From assembly GCA_965202585.1 (NCBI GenBank), contig OZ241827.1:5456001-5520000 (forward strand): a DNA stretch of 64,000 nt, given 5' to 3'. This document shows positions 11,891-26,200 of the stretch, one piece after another. Each line of letters opens with the position of its first letter. Positions within the stretch are counted from its first letter, which is position 1. This DNA is from Thalia democratica. Its lineage: Eukaryota. The notes below the pieces were generated by a model that searched no databases, was not told where the DNA came from, and saw only the letters and a program-made list of their open reading frames with translations. A program made the translations under genes and the position numbers.

Positions 11891-13569
11891 GAATATTGGT
11901 TTAGAAGTTAAGTAGACTTAAAAGTACGTATAAAACACATGCTAGGCGTTTGTTAACAGCAATATTCTTCTAGCCTTTTGTTATTATAACTCCAAAACAA
12001 AAGATATGACATCGCATAAGACAAGACCTTTTTGATTTTTGTAAAAATTTATACTGAGTTTCTTGTACTGGTCTCTTAAAAGTTTTATCTGTTAAACTTT
12101 GGTATCAAGTTGTAAACTGATTTCTTTATGTTTTACAGTTCATTAATTTATCTGAAGTTGTAAACTAATAAAGATTAGATACAAAAGTTAAGACAGGTTA
12201 TGTTGAATGACTTTGATTAAAGATTACAACTACTTTTGGTATTATTAAGTGTATGTTTTAATTAACTTAGGTGAATTTTAAAACATACAAATACTGATAG
12301 AACTGCACTAGTTGTTTAAGCTTTAGTTAAAAAGTTAAAATTTTACTTTTCATATGCGCGTGTCAATTTTAAGCTTTGCGTTTGAACATTGATAACAATT
12401 TGAGATGAGAGTTTTTTCTTATCTTTTTATCAATTTTAAAGTTTACTGTTCAACACTCAAGGCTGTAAAAATCAAGCATAAACTTTTATGTGTTTCGGGC
12501 ACTGATAAAAAATTGATAGATTTTACGTGTTACGTAGTTAATGTTAGTAAATGAAGTAACACTTTTCAAAAGACACAACTCATAAATAATTTTGTCTTTA
12601 TTATTTTTGGAGAACGTTGATTACTTTAGGTTAGGACAAAAATGTTAAACTACAATAATAATAAAATTACTTTGTATTTAAATTTTATTACTAATAAAAA
12701 TATGTTTGGCTTGCACTGATCTTTTCAAGCTGTTTTAAGTTTTTGTTCATTAAATACAAGTTTACCTGAATACGCTACAAGCTATCTTTCAACAGCCATT
12801 TTATCAAATCTCATTTAAGATATTATAACATATAAGTTTTAATTTTCAAAAAACTTAGATTTCAATTTTATAAAATAATCTGTTTATAGCTCTGACTATA
12901 TTTTTAAGAAGTTTTACGTAACTAAAAAAGTAAGCAATTAGGAAACACATTTTTTCGTTTCGAAATCAATCATTGTAAATAAAATGTTTTTCTTTTTAAT
13001 TGATTAAAAACCCTGATGAGTAAAACATATGTCGTGTTTTATTTAAAAAACACATCTTAAAAACATTAGTAGCTTCAATAAATGTTGCTGCTATTTCAAC
13101 TGTGTTACAGAGTAAACTTTAAACTTTGTATAAGTTGAAAAACACATGAGAGTTGAGCCTGTACGTTAGAATTTGTACACGAAACACAAATCTGTTAAAA
13201 CTAATGAAAACTACTAAAACTACAAATGTTTGTTTACTTTTTTCAAACTGTAGTATGCATACCTTTAAGTCAACACTATTTTAGTCTAACATACTAATTT
13301 AAATACACTACTGATTATTTTGTAATTTGCAGAGCAAACACTACTTTCAAGGCAGAACTTACAACAAATTTGTAGAAATAATTAATTTATTCTATTTTTG
13401 AATGAAAACAAAAAGATTTAGTTTATCAGACACAAGTATTGTGAAATATTAAAAAATATTGGTCACACATTGGACACATATTTTTTATTTAATTTACGTT
13501 AAAATTTTTCACTTAAATGACATTAAGTATCTTACAACTTAACTTGTATTTTGATGCCATTTCATGTTT

Positions 13570-13755
13570 ACGTTGAACACGTGTTGGAAACTAGGTTATG
13601 ACGTAATAATGGAAATAATTAATTTAAGTTCTTTGATGTCAAAATATGTATATTGTAATATCCGTTGCACACGTGTCTTATGACGTAACTATTAGATTTG
13701 TGACGTATTAATCATTAGTCATTTTGTCGCACACGTGGATAATTGTTTATTTAAC
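13570..13755 (+). repeat. Family H repeat (CRE-like plus CACGTG E-box-like cluster)
   Basis: ATGGAAATAATTAATTTAAGTT..TGATGTCAAAATATGTA..CACACGTGT..TTATGACGTAA...CACACGTGGATAATTGTT. Confidence 0.85.
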
Positions 13756-14699
13756 TTGTACTGAAATTTTCTAACAAAAAATCATTTTTCTATTGCTTTG
13801 ATATTGCTGATAACATTTTTTGATATCCACTACATAAAAATAATATTTGCAATCAGTCTTTTACTTAATTATAATATTATTTATTAATATTTACATCAAT
13901 TTAATGACCTGAATAAATATAAACTAGTTTAAATAGCTTTTACACAAAAACTTTGCTATGAAAATTAACATTGTTTTGTACCATGGTTAGAAAATCAAAT
14001 CAGGACAAGTAAAGTTTTTTAATCGATTTTAAGCGAACAGCAAAAAGAATTTGAAATTTTTAGCATAGTCAGACCTAACAGTATTTACTACCAAAACAAA
14101 TCGCTATCACTCAAAATATTTGAAATATTTTTCGAATCCATAAGTCAAATATACGTAGTGGGTATTGTTTAAAGACAAATTTGTATTCAGTAATCAAATA
14201 TTAATATTTTAGTATTCTTCTCACGACTCATCTTTAAATATATTAACCATACTTGTGCTACAAGTTTTATTTTTGCTATCATATAGCTTTTAGTTTTATT
14301 CATAACTTAATAATCTCAATATTCTCATAATTACTCAAGCTTTTGTGACAAAGATCAAAACTACAACACTTAATTTTTTATTATTCATTTATATGGCAAA
14401 CAGTAAAGCTTAGATTCTTACTGAACACAAAGTATTTGATTTTGAAAAAGTTTTGAATTCAAAATATGATTCCTACACTTTAAACACAACAAACATTTAG
14501 TGTTTTAGGAAAAAATACGTTTGTTATCATGTAAGAAACTTTAGCTGCTTTGAAACATAGAAGCAAGGTTTGTGTTTTTAATATTTTTCGAAGGTATTTC
14601 ACCAAATTGTAGTTTATATTCAAAGATGTTGTTCAAAGTTGCGAAGAAAATAACTATTAATTCAACTGTAAAAAAAAAAGAATACAAAACTACTGAAAA

Positions 14700-14920
14700 G
14701 GTTTCCTGCGAAAATGGTAGACAAAATATCGATCGGAACTCAGTTGCTGCGGTAACAGGTTGCAGTTACCAACGAAGAATCGCTCACCGTATGTTGCTAT
14801 GACAACCAAAAAGACTGATAAGTCCAACTGAAAAGGCTAATCTAAAAAAGCTGCAATACTGCAGAAAACATGGCTATGACGTAATAAACGAGCTGAAGCT
14901 TAGTACAGTGACGTCACAAG
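14700..14920 (+). repeat. Family C repeat
   Basis: GATCGGAACTCAGTTGCTGCGGTAAC (14-mer at 14743), CGCTCACCGTATGTTGCTATGACAAC (14793), GCTGCAA, TGACGTAA and TGACGTCA. Confidence 0.8.
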
Positions 14921-15754
14921 TCAGTTTTTTGGTATATACTCTATTTCGTATATTTAGTTGCTACTGATGTTAACTGTTTTTTTTTAACTTAGATATTAAT
15001 TTATTGATAAATAAAAACATAATTATCAAAAAACTGCTTTGTATAAGTAAAAAAAGTTGTTTTTAAACTTCCGAAACAAATATTTTTTTTGAATTTTTAA
15101 AGCTCCACTGAAGTTGTTTGTACGGATAAATGTTTTTTTTTTTTACTATATATCAAAAGAAAAAATAAGGTTACGGATAAATATACGTTATTTATCATAT
15201 TTAATCTTGTTACTTTTGATCAAACTTTAAAATGTCTGCTTGAATCTGTAATAATTTTCTCAACTTAAAACAAGTAAGACAAAACCGTGCAAATTGCTTA
15301 TAAATCTACCATATGGATGTTAGGTATAATCATTAAAGTTTAATTAGATTTAGTCTGAACAGTCTGTACACTATTATGCGTATTATTCATTTCATTATCA
15401 CGTTATTAACACTGTGATGTCGTAACGACGTATTTATTAGTTTTTGATTAGCCCTCGTTGGATTCAAGTTGGCTAAAAATTTAATAGATAAATTTCATTA
15501 TAGAGTTAATCTAACTGCGTTAAGCCTTAAAATATTTCTAGTTTTTAATGGTAATTACTTTTAGAATTGTTTTGGGCGCTTTGAAATAAATGTTACTCTA
15601 GTTCTTATGAATTAAAAATTTTATGTACTCACTGATTTTATGTAAACTTGAAAAAAAAAATGTTACAGCATAATAATATACGAGTAAGTAGCTTTGTTTC
15701 TGTTAAACATCTATAGTATACATTCTGCAACTGTATTAACCTCAAGTTTAAGAT

Positions 15755-15935
15755 AATAAAAAGACAGTGCAACTTTGCAAGTTTAATTTAGACTGCGCAG
15801 TCAAAAATAGAAACATGTGTGTCACACAAACGTAATACACTTGTCAATATTGTCAATCTGAATTTAAAACTTGTCAACTAATGTTGACTGTTGCGTAATA
15901 ATCAAATACAGGTGGTACAATCTGGGTGGTTCGTA
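15755..15935 (-). repeat. Family B element, inverted, degenerate
   Basis: AAAAGACAGTG, three TTGTCAA units, GACTGTTGCGTAATAAT, ATCTGGGTGGTTCG. Confidence 0.65.
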
Positions 15936-16589
15936 AATATTATTAAAAATAGTAATGTAGTAAAAAAAAAAACCTTTTTCCCAGCAACTAAAAGTAATAA
16001 AAAGCATTTTTTAAATTAAAAATCGAACCTTGTAATGACTCATTGTGGGTGGTTATAATATTTTATATATTAAATTGACCTGGTACAAATAAAACATATA
16101 CTAGTACTTTTTCCCAAAATGACATAAATTTCCCCATAATTTTAAATTAAAAAAACATTGATTTAATATATTATTGGTCAAAAATACTAACTTTTTTTTG
16201 TGAAAAGCTATTTAAGTTTGTAGTAAAAAAAAAAAAAAAAGAAAATACCTGCTCAAAACATGATATGTTTTTTATTGAAAACATTACAAGTATTTGCAAA
16301 CGTATTTATGACACTTCTTTAAAGATAAAAAAAGTAACAACCGTAATTTTAGTATTTAGCGTTTTATTTAATAGAACCTTTTATAAGCAGGGTTTTAATA
16401 TCTTAAGTAAATGACTTGTTGTTTTTAAGTTTTAAAAAAAACTTGTTTTTCAACTCCATTCAAGTAAATTTTAATTTTTTGAATTCAAAAGCAATCACGG
16501 TTTAACTATTTGCACACTTTGTATGGTTACAACAACTTTGGCGGAATAAAACTATTCAATTGCTTCAAACAGAAAAGTTAAAAAAAAAT

Positions 16590-16730
16590 GGTTACGTCGT
16601 ATGGAGTCGTGGTTATTATGACGTCACAAATGCATTATAAAGTTAATCGGTGTCAAACTGACGCGCACGACAAGTTTTAAGACACTCAGTGTAAATATGT
16701 CGCGTTTTACACAGTAAATATGTCGGGTTC
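16590..16730 (+). repeat. Family C distal part
   Basis: TGACGTCACAAATGCATTATAAAGTTAATCGGTGTCAA is nearly the exact reverse complement of 131-168. Confidence 0.75.
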
Positions 16731-17264
16731 AAATTTTATGCATGATTCTTTTTGTAGAAGTTAATTTCAAAACCCGTTAGTCATCAATCACATTTGAATC
16801 TAATATTAAAATTGTAAAAAATTTGAAGTTTTTGATATAGTCAGAAAAAATTGTTCAAAATTTTATGGAGAAACTTGACACATCATTCAGAAGTAGTACG
16901 CAAATCTATATATAACATAAGTTTATACTTTTTGGAATTAAATTAATAAAAATTTATGTCTCATTTGTCTATGATAACTATATGTTATGTGAGATGTAAT
17001 AAAATCAAGATTTTGAATTTAATTTTATTATCCATGATATTGGGTAATTTGTGTATCAAACTTAATTATGTAGCAAAGTAAAAACATCAAAAGAACAAAA
17101 TAAATAAGCGTGAAATACAAAACTAAAATTGAAAGAAAAAATAATAAAAAACAAATATTTTAGCAGTAAAATAAATAGAGAATTAAAAACTCGAATTAAA
17201 AAATGTACTTTTGATTTTCAAAACTGACTGAATTTTTCTTAAAGCACCAAAGTATACTTTATAC

Positions 17265-17485
17265 ATCAGTTGTAAAAAGATAGTGTGAAAGTTTTAAAAT
17301 AGACTATCGACTTGTCAAACAAATTTTGCTCGCTTGTAATAAACGTGTCAACAACGTAACAAGAAGTAAACTTGTCAATACTCACATGGTGTCAATACGA
17401 TATAAACGACTGTCATGCACAATGACTGTTATGTAATAATGACAGTCACGTAAAAAAAGCGCGACGATTTGGGTGGTACGCAGAA
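17265..17485 (-). repeat. Family B element, inverted, with fewer units
   Basis: GCGCGACGATTTGGGTGGTACG is the exact reverse complement of 3580-3601, and there are TTGTCAA units. Confidence 0.85.
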
Positions 17486-17934
17486 GTGATGTATTTTGAA
17501 CGTTCAATGTGATAAATAGCCGTTTTAAACAGCTTTTTTTTTGTATACAAGATTTTTTGTCATACTATCTTTTGTTTTTAGCTTATCGTAAATGAATATT
17601 TATAAGGAACACCTAAAATCAAATGTTTATAATATATAGAAATGTAATGTTTATTAACTTATTAACTTGTTTATAAACTTATCAATTTACTAAATTTTTA
17701 AGACTTGTTAAATTTTTTTTAATTACGCATAAAAAAAACTTTAAAACTTTCAGGTTCTTTAAGTTTAGTTTATACAAATTAATTACAAAATTAAGACATG
17801 TGCCTAAGAAATTTTACTCGACAATTTAACTATATTAGTTTTCATTAAAAACTGCTGACTTAGAGTTTAATTCATGAAATTTACTGTATATTTTTTACAT
17901 TTATTTTCTTTCTAAAAAAAGACATTTACTTAGC

Positions 17935-18180
17935 TTATCAGTATCTAAAATAAAGTTTAATTGAAATTTGTCTATATTGACAATTTTAATACGCGTGCCA
18001 CTTTTAAAGTTTTTGATAATGTCACTCAACTCAAAAGCACTTGAATGTTTTATCATTCTGATTCAATCAACTTTTTAGTTGTAAAACCTGTTAAAATTCA
18101 TCAACTTAAATATTCAATGTATGTGGTGAAAATAAAATCAGTTCTACTGATAAGAAACTTTCTGGCATTATTGCTTTTTA
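17935..18180 (+). repeat. Family L repeat (related copies near 5740, 12350 and 22545; inverted near 50720 and 51690)
   Basis: AGCTTATCAGTA...ACGCGTGCCA core, and downstream AAAACCTGTTAAA...TGATAAGAAA..TCTGG shared with 22545-22710. Confidence 0.55.
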
Positions 18181-18479
18181 AACTTGATGAAATTACGTAT
18201 GTGGTAATTGTTTTTTAAAGATAATTATAATAAGTTTAGTTTATTATTCATAAAAAAAATTTCTTGCAAAATATTTAAATTTTTTAAGTAGTAAAATATT
18301 TTTAACAAATATGTTTTATTTTTTATCAAATTTAGTAAAAGATACGATGCTTAAAAACATATTAAGTCAGTTTATAACTTTTAAGCTTTTTAGTGGTCAA
18401 TTAGTTATTATTTTTGTTGAATCTCAGAATCTTAAATTTTATTTAGGTTCACTGAAAAAGGTTGAGGTTCAGTTGAAAC

Positions 18480-18720
18480 TCAAAGTAAGTTAACTTAGGT
18501 TCACTGAAAAATTATCTCGCATAACTTATCGATTTAGTTTTAGTTACTACGGCAGCGAGTTTCAATAAACTCAAAAGTTTCACGCTGTTAATATGTTGTC
18601 ATAATAACAAGTTTAACTTCCGTTGCAGATATTATTGCCGCGAATCTGGTAAATTAATTATTACGTCAAAACGAGGTTATAACGTAATAACTTAGTTGGT
18701 CTTAATCGAGTACGAATTGA
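18480..18720 (+). repeat. Family C repeat, degenerate
   Basis: GTTACTACGGCAGC, ATGTTGTCATAATAAC, TTGCAGA, TTACGTCA, TAACGTAA and TTAATCGAG occur in family order. Confidence 0.55.
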
Positions 18721-19214
18721 AAAACTGTTTGTTTTAAAGATCTAAACTATTCTAAACCAAAAACGGTTTTAAGGTAAAATACATAAAGTTTTTTTTTAAT
18801 TTTTATACATAAATTGAGTCAAATGATTTGTAAACGAAACTCAATTTATTTTAATTTGATAAGTTCAAGCCGCTTTACTGTCAAATCTTATAATTACAAA
18901 ACCAAAATTTTATTGCTCATGCTATTAGATGTTTAGGGGTTATGACCATGAAAATCACTCATAAAAGTCCTTTACTATTTTATACTAAACTAAATAATTT
19001 TAAAAAACTTGATAAGCTTTTGTCGAGGGAAAATACTACATGCACAATTTTGCATGCTAACTATACTATTATGTTATAAGAAGTATTAAGATATACCTAA
19101 TGTTATTATGCATACTACCATAATAATTGTTTATGAATCAAACATATATTTCATTAGAAGTTTTTTTTTGTATTATTTTTTTTTCTTTTATAGTGTAGTT
19201 TTATGTGTATAGAT

Positions 19215-19453
19215 CAGGGGTCGGCCTATTGCAGCCCAATTTTTTAAAACAATAAAATTTGTTTTGAAATTGTTTTACAACATTGCTTTAGAATTGATAT
19301 TTAGTAACTTATACTTTTTATCATTGCTTGTTTTACAGATTTTTAGTAAAAATGTTTTCTTTATATTGCACACTTACATAAATTATAATAAGTTCGGCCC
19401 AAGAAAGATTATTTCTACAAAAAACAACCCGAATAAAAGGTTGCCTTCCTCTC
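19215..19453. mobile_element. Decayed hAT (Charlie/Buster-like) MITE
   Basis: Left end CAGGGGTCGGC, degenerate right end GGTTGCCTTCCTCTC, internal GGCCC motifs. The flanks GTATAGAT / GTATAACT match at 6/8. Confidence 0.6.
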
Positions 19454-19879
19454 GTATAACTAGTGTTATTAGAAAACGCTACTTACAAGTTTTTTGATTC
19501 ACGAACTTGTTTATAAAACAGTCAAATTTAATTCAGTCAATTTTTAAAATCAATGGTCACTTGAGTTACGATAAATTTTATGATATTTTGATAAAAGTTT
19601 TTGAAACAGTTTATACTTATATTTCTTAAATTAAATGCATATTAATTTATTTAAAATTTAGCATATAGTTTATAATTTATGGTGCAGAAAATAGTAGCAA
19701 AAAATAAAAAAGCTCAAAATGATTGATATACAAAACTAATTTGCTTCTCCAAGTTTAGTAAAAACAAATAGAGACAAACCCTAATTTTTTAGGAATAGCA
19801 ATTTAAGGAAAAAAGTTTCGTTTACTAACAAACAACTTCATCAAAATTTTATGTACTGTTCATAACAAAAACGTTATAT

Positions 19880-20380
19880 TTATCACATCTGATACGATTA
19901 ACTATGTATACTACATCAAAAAAAAAGACCCATTACAGTAACATATAAGGCTGTCGAAAATTTCTACGCTTAAGAAGCTTGTACTAAGTAAACAATACAA
20001 GTTCACGCCCTTTGGAAAGTAGTTTATTAATAAGTTTATACGTATAAATTTATACTTAGTGTTAATGATGCACTTGCTTTGATGTGGCTAGAAATAAATG
20101 CAGACAACTTTTTTCTTGTTAAGGGGATTATATTATGTGAACAATACAAGATCACACCCCTTAGAAGATAATTTATAAATACTTCGTGTTAATTATTCGC
20201 TCTGATGTTGCTGAAAATAAAAGGAGCCTCGTTGTTACAGTTTAGTGGATTATTTTGTGTGAACAAAGCAAGTTCACGCCCTTTTTATAGCGTTAAAAAT
20301 TTGCGATGACATAGTTTTCTGACGATGTAGTAGAAAAGAAGAGACGGTCTTGTTAAAGTATATAAAATTATACTGAGTTA
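19880..20380 (+). repeat. Family E repeat with three tandem subunits
   Basis: AACAATACAAGTTCACGCCC-like cores at 19991, 20140 and 20262. Confidence 0.8.
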
Positions 20381-20769
20381 ACAAATTAAAAAATTGTTTT
20401 TCTTTGATAGGGTAAAAAACTTGCATTGTTACAATTTATAAATCTATATAATGTTAACAAAAGGAGTTTAAAAACTAGAGTGTAACATATAGATCAGAAA
20501 TTTTGTAGTTAATTAAGTTACACCTTTTTTAAAGAGCAGTTTTGTCTTATTTTTTTTTACTGTTATCTACAGTGATCATTATCTTATATACATATTCGAA
20601 AATGCTTATCTTGCTACACTGCTTATTAAGCAACAAAACTCTTATTTTACCAAAATTTTCTAAAAATAAGCTTTTTTTTACGGTTTGTGTTGAATTTAAT
20701 TTAAAAAATTGATAATTTTGTCTAAAAAAATATTTAAGGGTTTAAAGCAAAAAAGTTTTGACTTCAAGC

Positions 20770-20975
20770 TAAACGGTAACGAACAGCTGCAACAAAAGCA
20801 CAGAAACTATTTAATCATATAAGGAAAATCGTTTTTGACGTAAAAATGGAAATAATTAATTTAACTGGCGTTTGATGTGTGGAATATGTATTGATACGTC
20901 CGTTAGACACGCGTATTATGACGTAATAGTCATTACTCATCAAGGCGCACACGTGGACAAATTGTTTTTATTAAA
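20770..20975 (+). repeat. Family H repeat
   Basis: TGACGTAAAAATGGAAATAATTAATTTAA...TTATGACGTAATAGTCATTACTCATCAAGGCGCACACGTGGACAAATTGTT. Confidence 0.8.
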
Positions 20976-23019
20976 TTTAAAGGAAAATTTTGTCATCAAA
21001 GCAGGCTTGTGGACTTTTACTTTACAATTTGACAACGATATTTTCGATATATAACTGTAATTTTTAGGTAGTTTTACTTCTTTATTGATGATCAAAATCT
21101 TAAATTTAGCTCAAAATACAACTTAATTAGTTCGCTCATTTGTTTACTTTTACGTTTTAGGATATACTTTTTTAGCATTAACTTTAAACTTTTTGAATAT
21201 TAAAAACAGTTATAGTTCTAAAATGGTCTTTTTTAAATTAAAACTTATATTACTTATTTCTACATAGGTTAATTTTTATTATTACAAAGTCAAACTCAAG
21301 TTTTTCATAATACTCTTATTTGACATAATCACAAACTATATTTTGCACAGCTTTCTAAAACTCTAAAAACCGGTATAGTCTTAATACAAAAGTTAGAGTA
21401 TTAAATATGCCGAACTTTATTTTTGCAATTATCAAGAGACCTAACTAAGTGTGAGAAAGTTGCAAGAAATCAATATGTTGACCTTGTTGACGATAAAAAA
21501 ATCCGAGTAAACTGAGGGTTACTTCGTTGAACGTAAACTAGTGATTCGATTTCCTGTTTGTGACGTAATAGTCTGTGTGGCTTAAAGCTAAAGTGCTGTC
21601 AATCGTCGTAGTTTAAAAAATATCAACTCAAAATATATTTGTTTTCCAAGACGGTATTTATTTAATTTATCAATCTAATAATGCAAACAGAAGCTTATCA
21701 ATTTACATAAAGTTATACTCTTTAATGTCTATCAAAAAATAAGTAGTAACTTACCTGAAATAATTCATATTCTAAAATATGTAGCTTCATATTTTAGTTG
21801 TATCTTACAACAACTTTCTTTTATTTATATTTTAAATCATTTTGATAAGTTGTTTTACCACAAACAAAAATTAGAAATATTTTACGTAGCGAAACTTTTA
21901 ATTTTTGTTTAATTTTGTACTGTTTGAAAAATTCTTGATCTTGGTCGAAGTTTTTGTACTTCAATAAACCTTTAGTGTACAATAATTAACTTTGGTTATC
22001 ACTAACGTAAAAAAAAAAATACAGTTCGTATTTATCCTTTTAAAAGTGTCTTGTTTTACCTTAAATTAAATATTTGAAAAATTTTAGAACGAAATTTGTT
22101 AAAATATTTTTTACTCTAGTTCAACATACTTTATAGCTTTAAACGCTGATTTAGTTACTACTTTGATTTTTCGAGTTTATAAAAAATCAGTTTGTTATGG
22201 AATAGTAGCTTAAAAGTTTGTTTATTTGAAATTTAGTGATTTTATTGTTTAATTTGTGTTTAATGTTTTTAGAGTTTCTTTAACTTATCATAAGGTAAAA
22301 TAATAGAACTGGTTGAGTCTGATTATTTTGTAATTCTTTAAAATTCAGAGTGCTTACTTATTTATATTCTATAACTTTATGTCCGCAAACTTTGAATTTG
22401 AATACTTAGAAGCAAAAAAAATGTTTTTTTATTTTGTTTTTAATTTACATCAAAACCTTTAAATAAATATAAAACAGCTTTTAACCAAACAAACTAGGTT
22501 CAAAGAAAATAATCAAACGATAATTTATTTTTATATTAGAACTTTTTACGCGTGTCTCCTTGAAAGGCTTTTTAATTAAGCTTTGTCTTTTACTGAAAAG
22601 TTGTGTTTAACTTGTAGCTTTCAAAGCTGTTAAATACTACCAATCAAACTATCCATTTGGGTGGCAATTGATATCAGTTGTTTTGATAAGAAGTTGTCTG
22701 GAAATTTCTGTTTTGTTTTGTTTGAAAAAATAACTTACACACTGTACGCAGTTAGCTGATAGTAGTCTTATTTCTTCGTTAATTAAGAAAATGGTCCAAT
22801 ATATCTGTAAAAAACATGAAACGCATCTTTAGCTTTCAAATAACAGTATGAACTGTATACAGGTACTATTGTTCTTTCCATAATAAAAAAATAATTAAGG
22901 AGAAGTTAAGTAGAAGCTTTAAAAAAGAGCAAATTTTATTAAAGTTGAAAAGTAAAATATTATTATTTTATTATAAAACTTTAATAACATTCGTCTACAA
23001 ATAATCCCACATGAAATAT

Positions 23020-23165
23020 TGATCTTGTTTTAGTTACCATAGAAACAGGTTCTAATAACCTACAGCTTTTACGCTTACCTTATGTTATCATAAGAACGAA
23101 AGTTCAGGTTCGTCTGCAAACCTTAAAAGTTGTTATTACGTCATAGTGCACTGGCGAGTCTGCAT
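23020..23165 (+). repeat. Family C repeat, degenerate
   Basis: GTTACCATAGAAAC (23033), ATGTTATCATAAGAAC, CTGCAAAC, TTATTACGTCATAG. Confidence 0.55.
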
Positions 23166-24524
23166 ATAATGACGGAACACATGAACGGTAAACTTTTTTA
23201 AAGTTAGTAGACGTAAAATTAATCAAAGTTTGCTTGTTAATAAAACTATTGCATATTAACTAAAAATTTATACCAAAGCTGAATATGTATATGTTATGAT
23301 CTCAAATATACTGATTTTAAAATTTTTCTCAGCTATTTTAACTTAAATCTAAAACATAATGGTTAGTTGAACAGTTAAGTCTGTTTTTTTAGTAATATAC
23401 AGACTTATTTAATTTACTGGTTTGATAGTAAAACAATCTACACTGTTCTTTTAGGCTTTTTTTCTGCTTGATATCTTATTTTACAAAGTACCATATAACG
23501 TTATAAGATTTTGTCTGGAAAATCTTTTAATGTATCGATTACATTATTATCTTGTTAACGAGTTTTTAGATGAACCCTATATTTTCTTTCTACTTTATAT
23601 AAAAAGTTTAACACCGTAGTAATTGCTTATAAGTTTACCATATGTATCATTTTTAATCTTATTAGCTATCATAAAAAATGTATATGATTTTGTCTACACA
23701 TATGTCTGCTTATTTTTGAGTTAATTTTTTGTTAGCTTGGTGTAACAAACTCGGAAAGTTTTGATGAAATTACACTGCAAAGTGAGGTTTCAAAATAACA
23801 CTGCAAATCTGTAGTTTAGATCTTAGTTTTGGGTTTTTAATTAATAATTAGTGTTGTTTAAAAGTTAATTACTTAATTGGGTTCTTTAAAAAATTCAAAA
23901 GCTTTTTTTATTTGAATTAGTATTAGTTATTTTACAACAGTGTTTAGGCGATTATTGTAAGGAGGCAGCAAATCAGCAATGGAGCAAAAAACGGGGCAAT
24001 TAAAAAAAATCATTATTTAATTTTATAAATAGCTTACTTTTAAACTTTTAACCATGCATTAAGATTAAAACCAAAATTTTATTTTGAGTATGCGAGATGA
24101 AACGACAATAATTAGTAAAGAGGTAAAATAATAAACTGTTAACTTACAAATAAGGTGTTTTGTTTTTGTCAAAAGGCCGATTATGAAAGTTAGTTTGTGA
24201 AAACCTGTTGTAAAAGAAAACTAGTAAGATACCATACAACGTTTTTTAAAACTTATGAGTTTTTTAAGTTTTCTGTAAATAAAAGCTTTAATTAAGTTTA
24301 AAATAAATTATAACTAAAAAACTTAAACGGTTATCGCAATTACATTTGATAAACAAAGTATACTTTTGGTATTGTACTAAAAATTGTTTTAAAGAATACG
24401 TATGTACTGAAGTCTTTCCAAGTGGTAATGAATAAAAGGATTAAGTCATAGTCGAAAAGATTAATTTATAAACACAATAAGGTTTAACACTTTTTTTTAA
24501 TGCATTTAAATTATTGAACTTTGT

Positions 24525-24660
24525 AAGGGATTATATTAGTTAACAATGAAAACTCACGCCCCTAGACTAAGTGTAATTATTTTGTTTTGGTGTGAATCGC
24601 TTTTTTTTTGATGTGGTCAAAAATAAAACGGACCGCCTTTTATGGATTTAGGGATTTATG
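24525..24660 (+). repeat. Family E repeat, partial
   Basis: AAGGGATTATATT...AACAATGAAAACTCACGCCC...TTTGATGTGGTCAAAAATAAAACGGACCGCC. Confidence 0.7.
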
Positions 24661-24999
24661 CAAAGAGTATTTTTAATAGTAGTGTCTATTATCTCAAGAA
24701 AAAGTTAAGGTTAATACGCTTCAACTTGTGTAAAGCAAAGTTAATATAGTGTTCAAAAGTTATAATATTTACATTTGAGTATTTAAATTGGTTTGAAATA
24801 AAATATTAACATATTAAAACAATGTTTATCTCGATATTAGCGCTTATAAATTTTAGTTATGGAATAACGTTTCTTTTTAATCTAAGCAACAACAAAGTTT
24901 TAAAAAACCACTTTTTTAAACTGTCGTCAAATATATCATATTGTCAAAGTTTTTTAACAAATGTATAAGTGCAAACTAAACTTAATACAACACTTTAAA

Positions 25000-25195
25000 G
25001 CTATTATGACGTCATAGCACCAACTGGCTCAAAACTAAATGTGACGCAAATATGGAAATAATTAATTTAAGTTTATTGATGTCAAAATATGTACATTGTA
25101 AGATCTGTAACACACGTGTTTTATGACGTAACAATCGTTTGTCATAAAATCACACACGTGGATAATTGTTTTAATTAAATTTTTATGGAAAATTT
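25000..25195 (+). repeat. Family H repeat
   Basis: ATGGAAATAATTAATTTAAGTTTATTGATGTCAAAATATGTAC...CACACGTGTTTTATGACGTAAC...CACACGTGGATAATTGTT. Confidence 0.85.
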
Positions 25196-25879
25196 TACAT
25201 GTTGAACTTTGCTTACAAGATTGTTTTTCTTATTTGGTTTGGAGTTAGTTTTTTTTTAATTCGTTTCTAATACAAACTTATACTCTAGTAAAAAAATACC
25301 AGGTTAATTACACACAAATGTAGTAATAAAAGATTCTAACAAACTTTTAATTCATAATTTTGTTAAATTTTTACAGTCAAAACAACTGTTCATTCTAGTA
25401 ACATTATTTTGTATTGAGGGTCAGTCGAGGTTTTAATAAACTTAAAATTTAAATAAAGAGAGTCTAGAATCTGGATGAATAACAAACACTTTAAGAATTA
25501 AATTTAAAACTAAACTACATAAATCAATAAATTAAAACATACATAGTTTTTTACAATGGTATTTGAATAAACTATCAGAAGCAAAACTCTAAGATTGAAA
25601 ACTTTTTAATGCTTATTACAAAAACAAATCATAACCTACTCAGAATATTCGACATTTTTCAGATGGTTAACAACAGAGCAACGTTTTGTTTTACAACAAT
25701 TTTGTTTGTTTTTTTGTATATATATTTTTAGTTGTGTCTTCTCATATTTAAACTTTTATTTTACTAGCTAATAAAAATATTTTAGACTTTTTACAAACTT
25801 CTGAAATAATTTGAACTTTTTAATTTGTTACAAAATTCTATTTATTTCTAGACATCTTTTATACAGTAATAAATTGAAC

Positions 25880-26200
25880 ATACAATTTAAACTAAGTTAT
25901 GTTGCATAGTTAACTTTTTAAGTTTAATATAAAAACATAACTATTTTTATGCTTTTGAAAATTAAGATTTAATAATTCACAAGTGTATATAAGTTCTTTA
26001 AAAATATACTCAAGCTAAATAATTGACCGGAACTTGGTTACTATAGCAACGAGTGACTTGGTTGCTATAGCAACGAGTTACAATGTTCGCCCACCGTCTG
26101 TTGACATGACTACTAACTACATTTGTAAAAAAAATTGCACCAAATGCTGCAACATTATTACGTCATAATGTATTTGCGATTTTGCTTGTTGTGACGCAAC
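25880..26200 (+). repeat. Family C repeat (2 array units)
   Basis: GTTACTATAGCAAC at 26037 and GTTGCTATAGCAAC at 26061 (24-bp period), then CGCCCACCGTCTGTTGACATGAC, TTACGTCA and TGACGCAA. Confidence 0.85.

Noticed and set aside
13388-13410. ATTCTATTTTTGAATG, loosely like the Ciona spliced leader
   Set aside because: It is imperfect, has no following GT donor or Sm-site context, and is expected by chance in AT-rich DNA.
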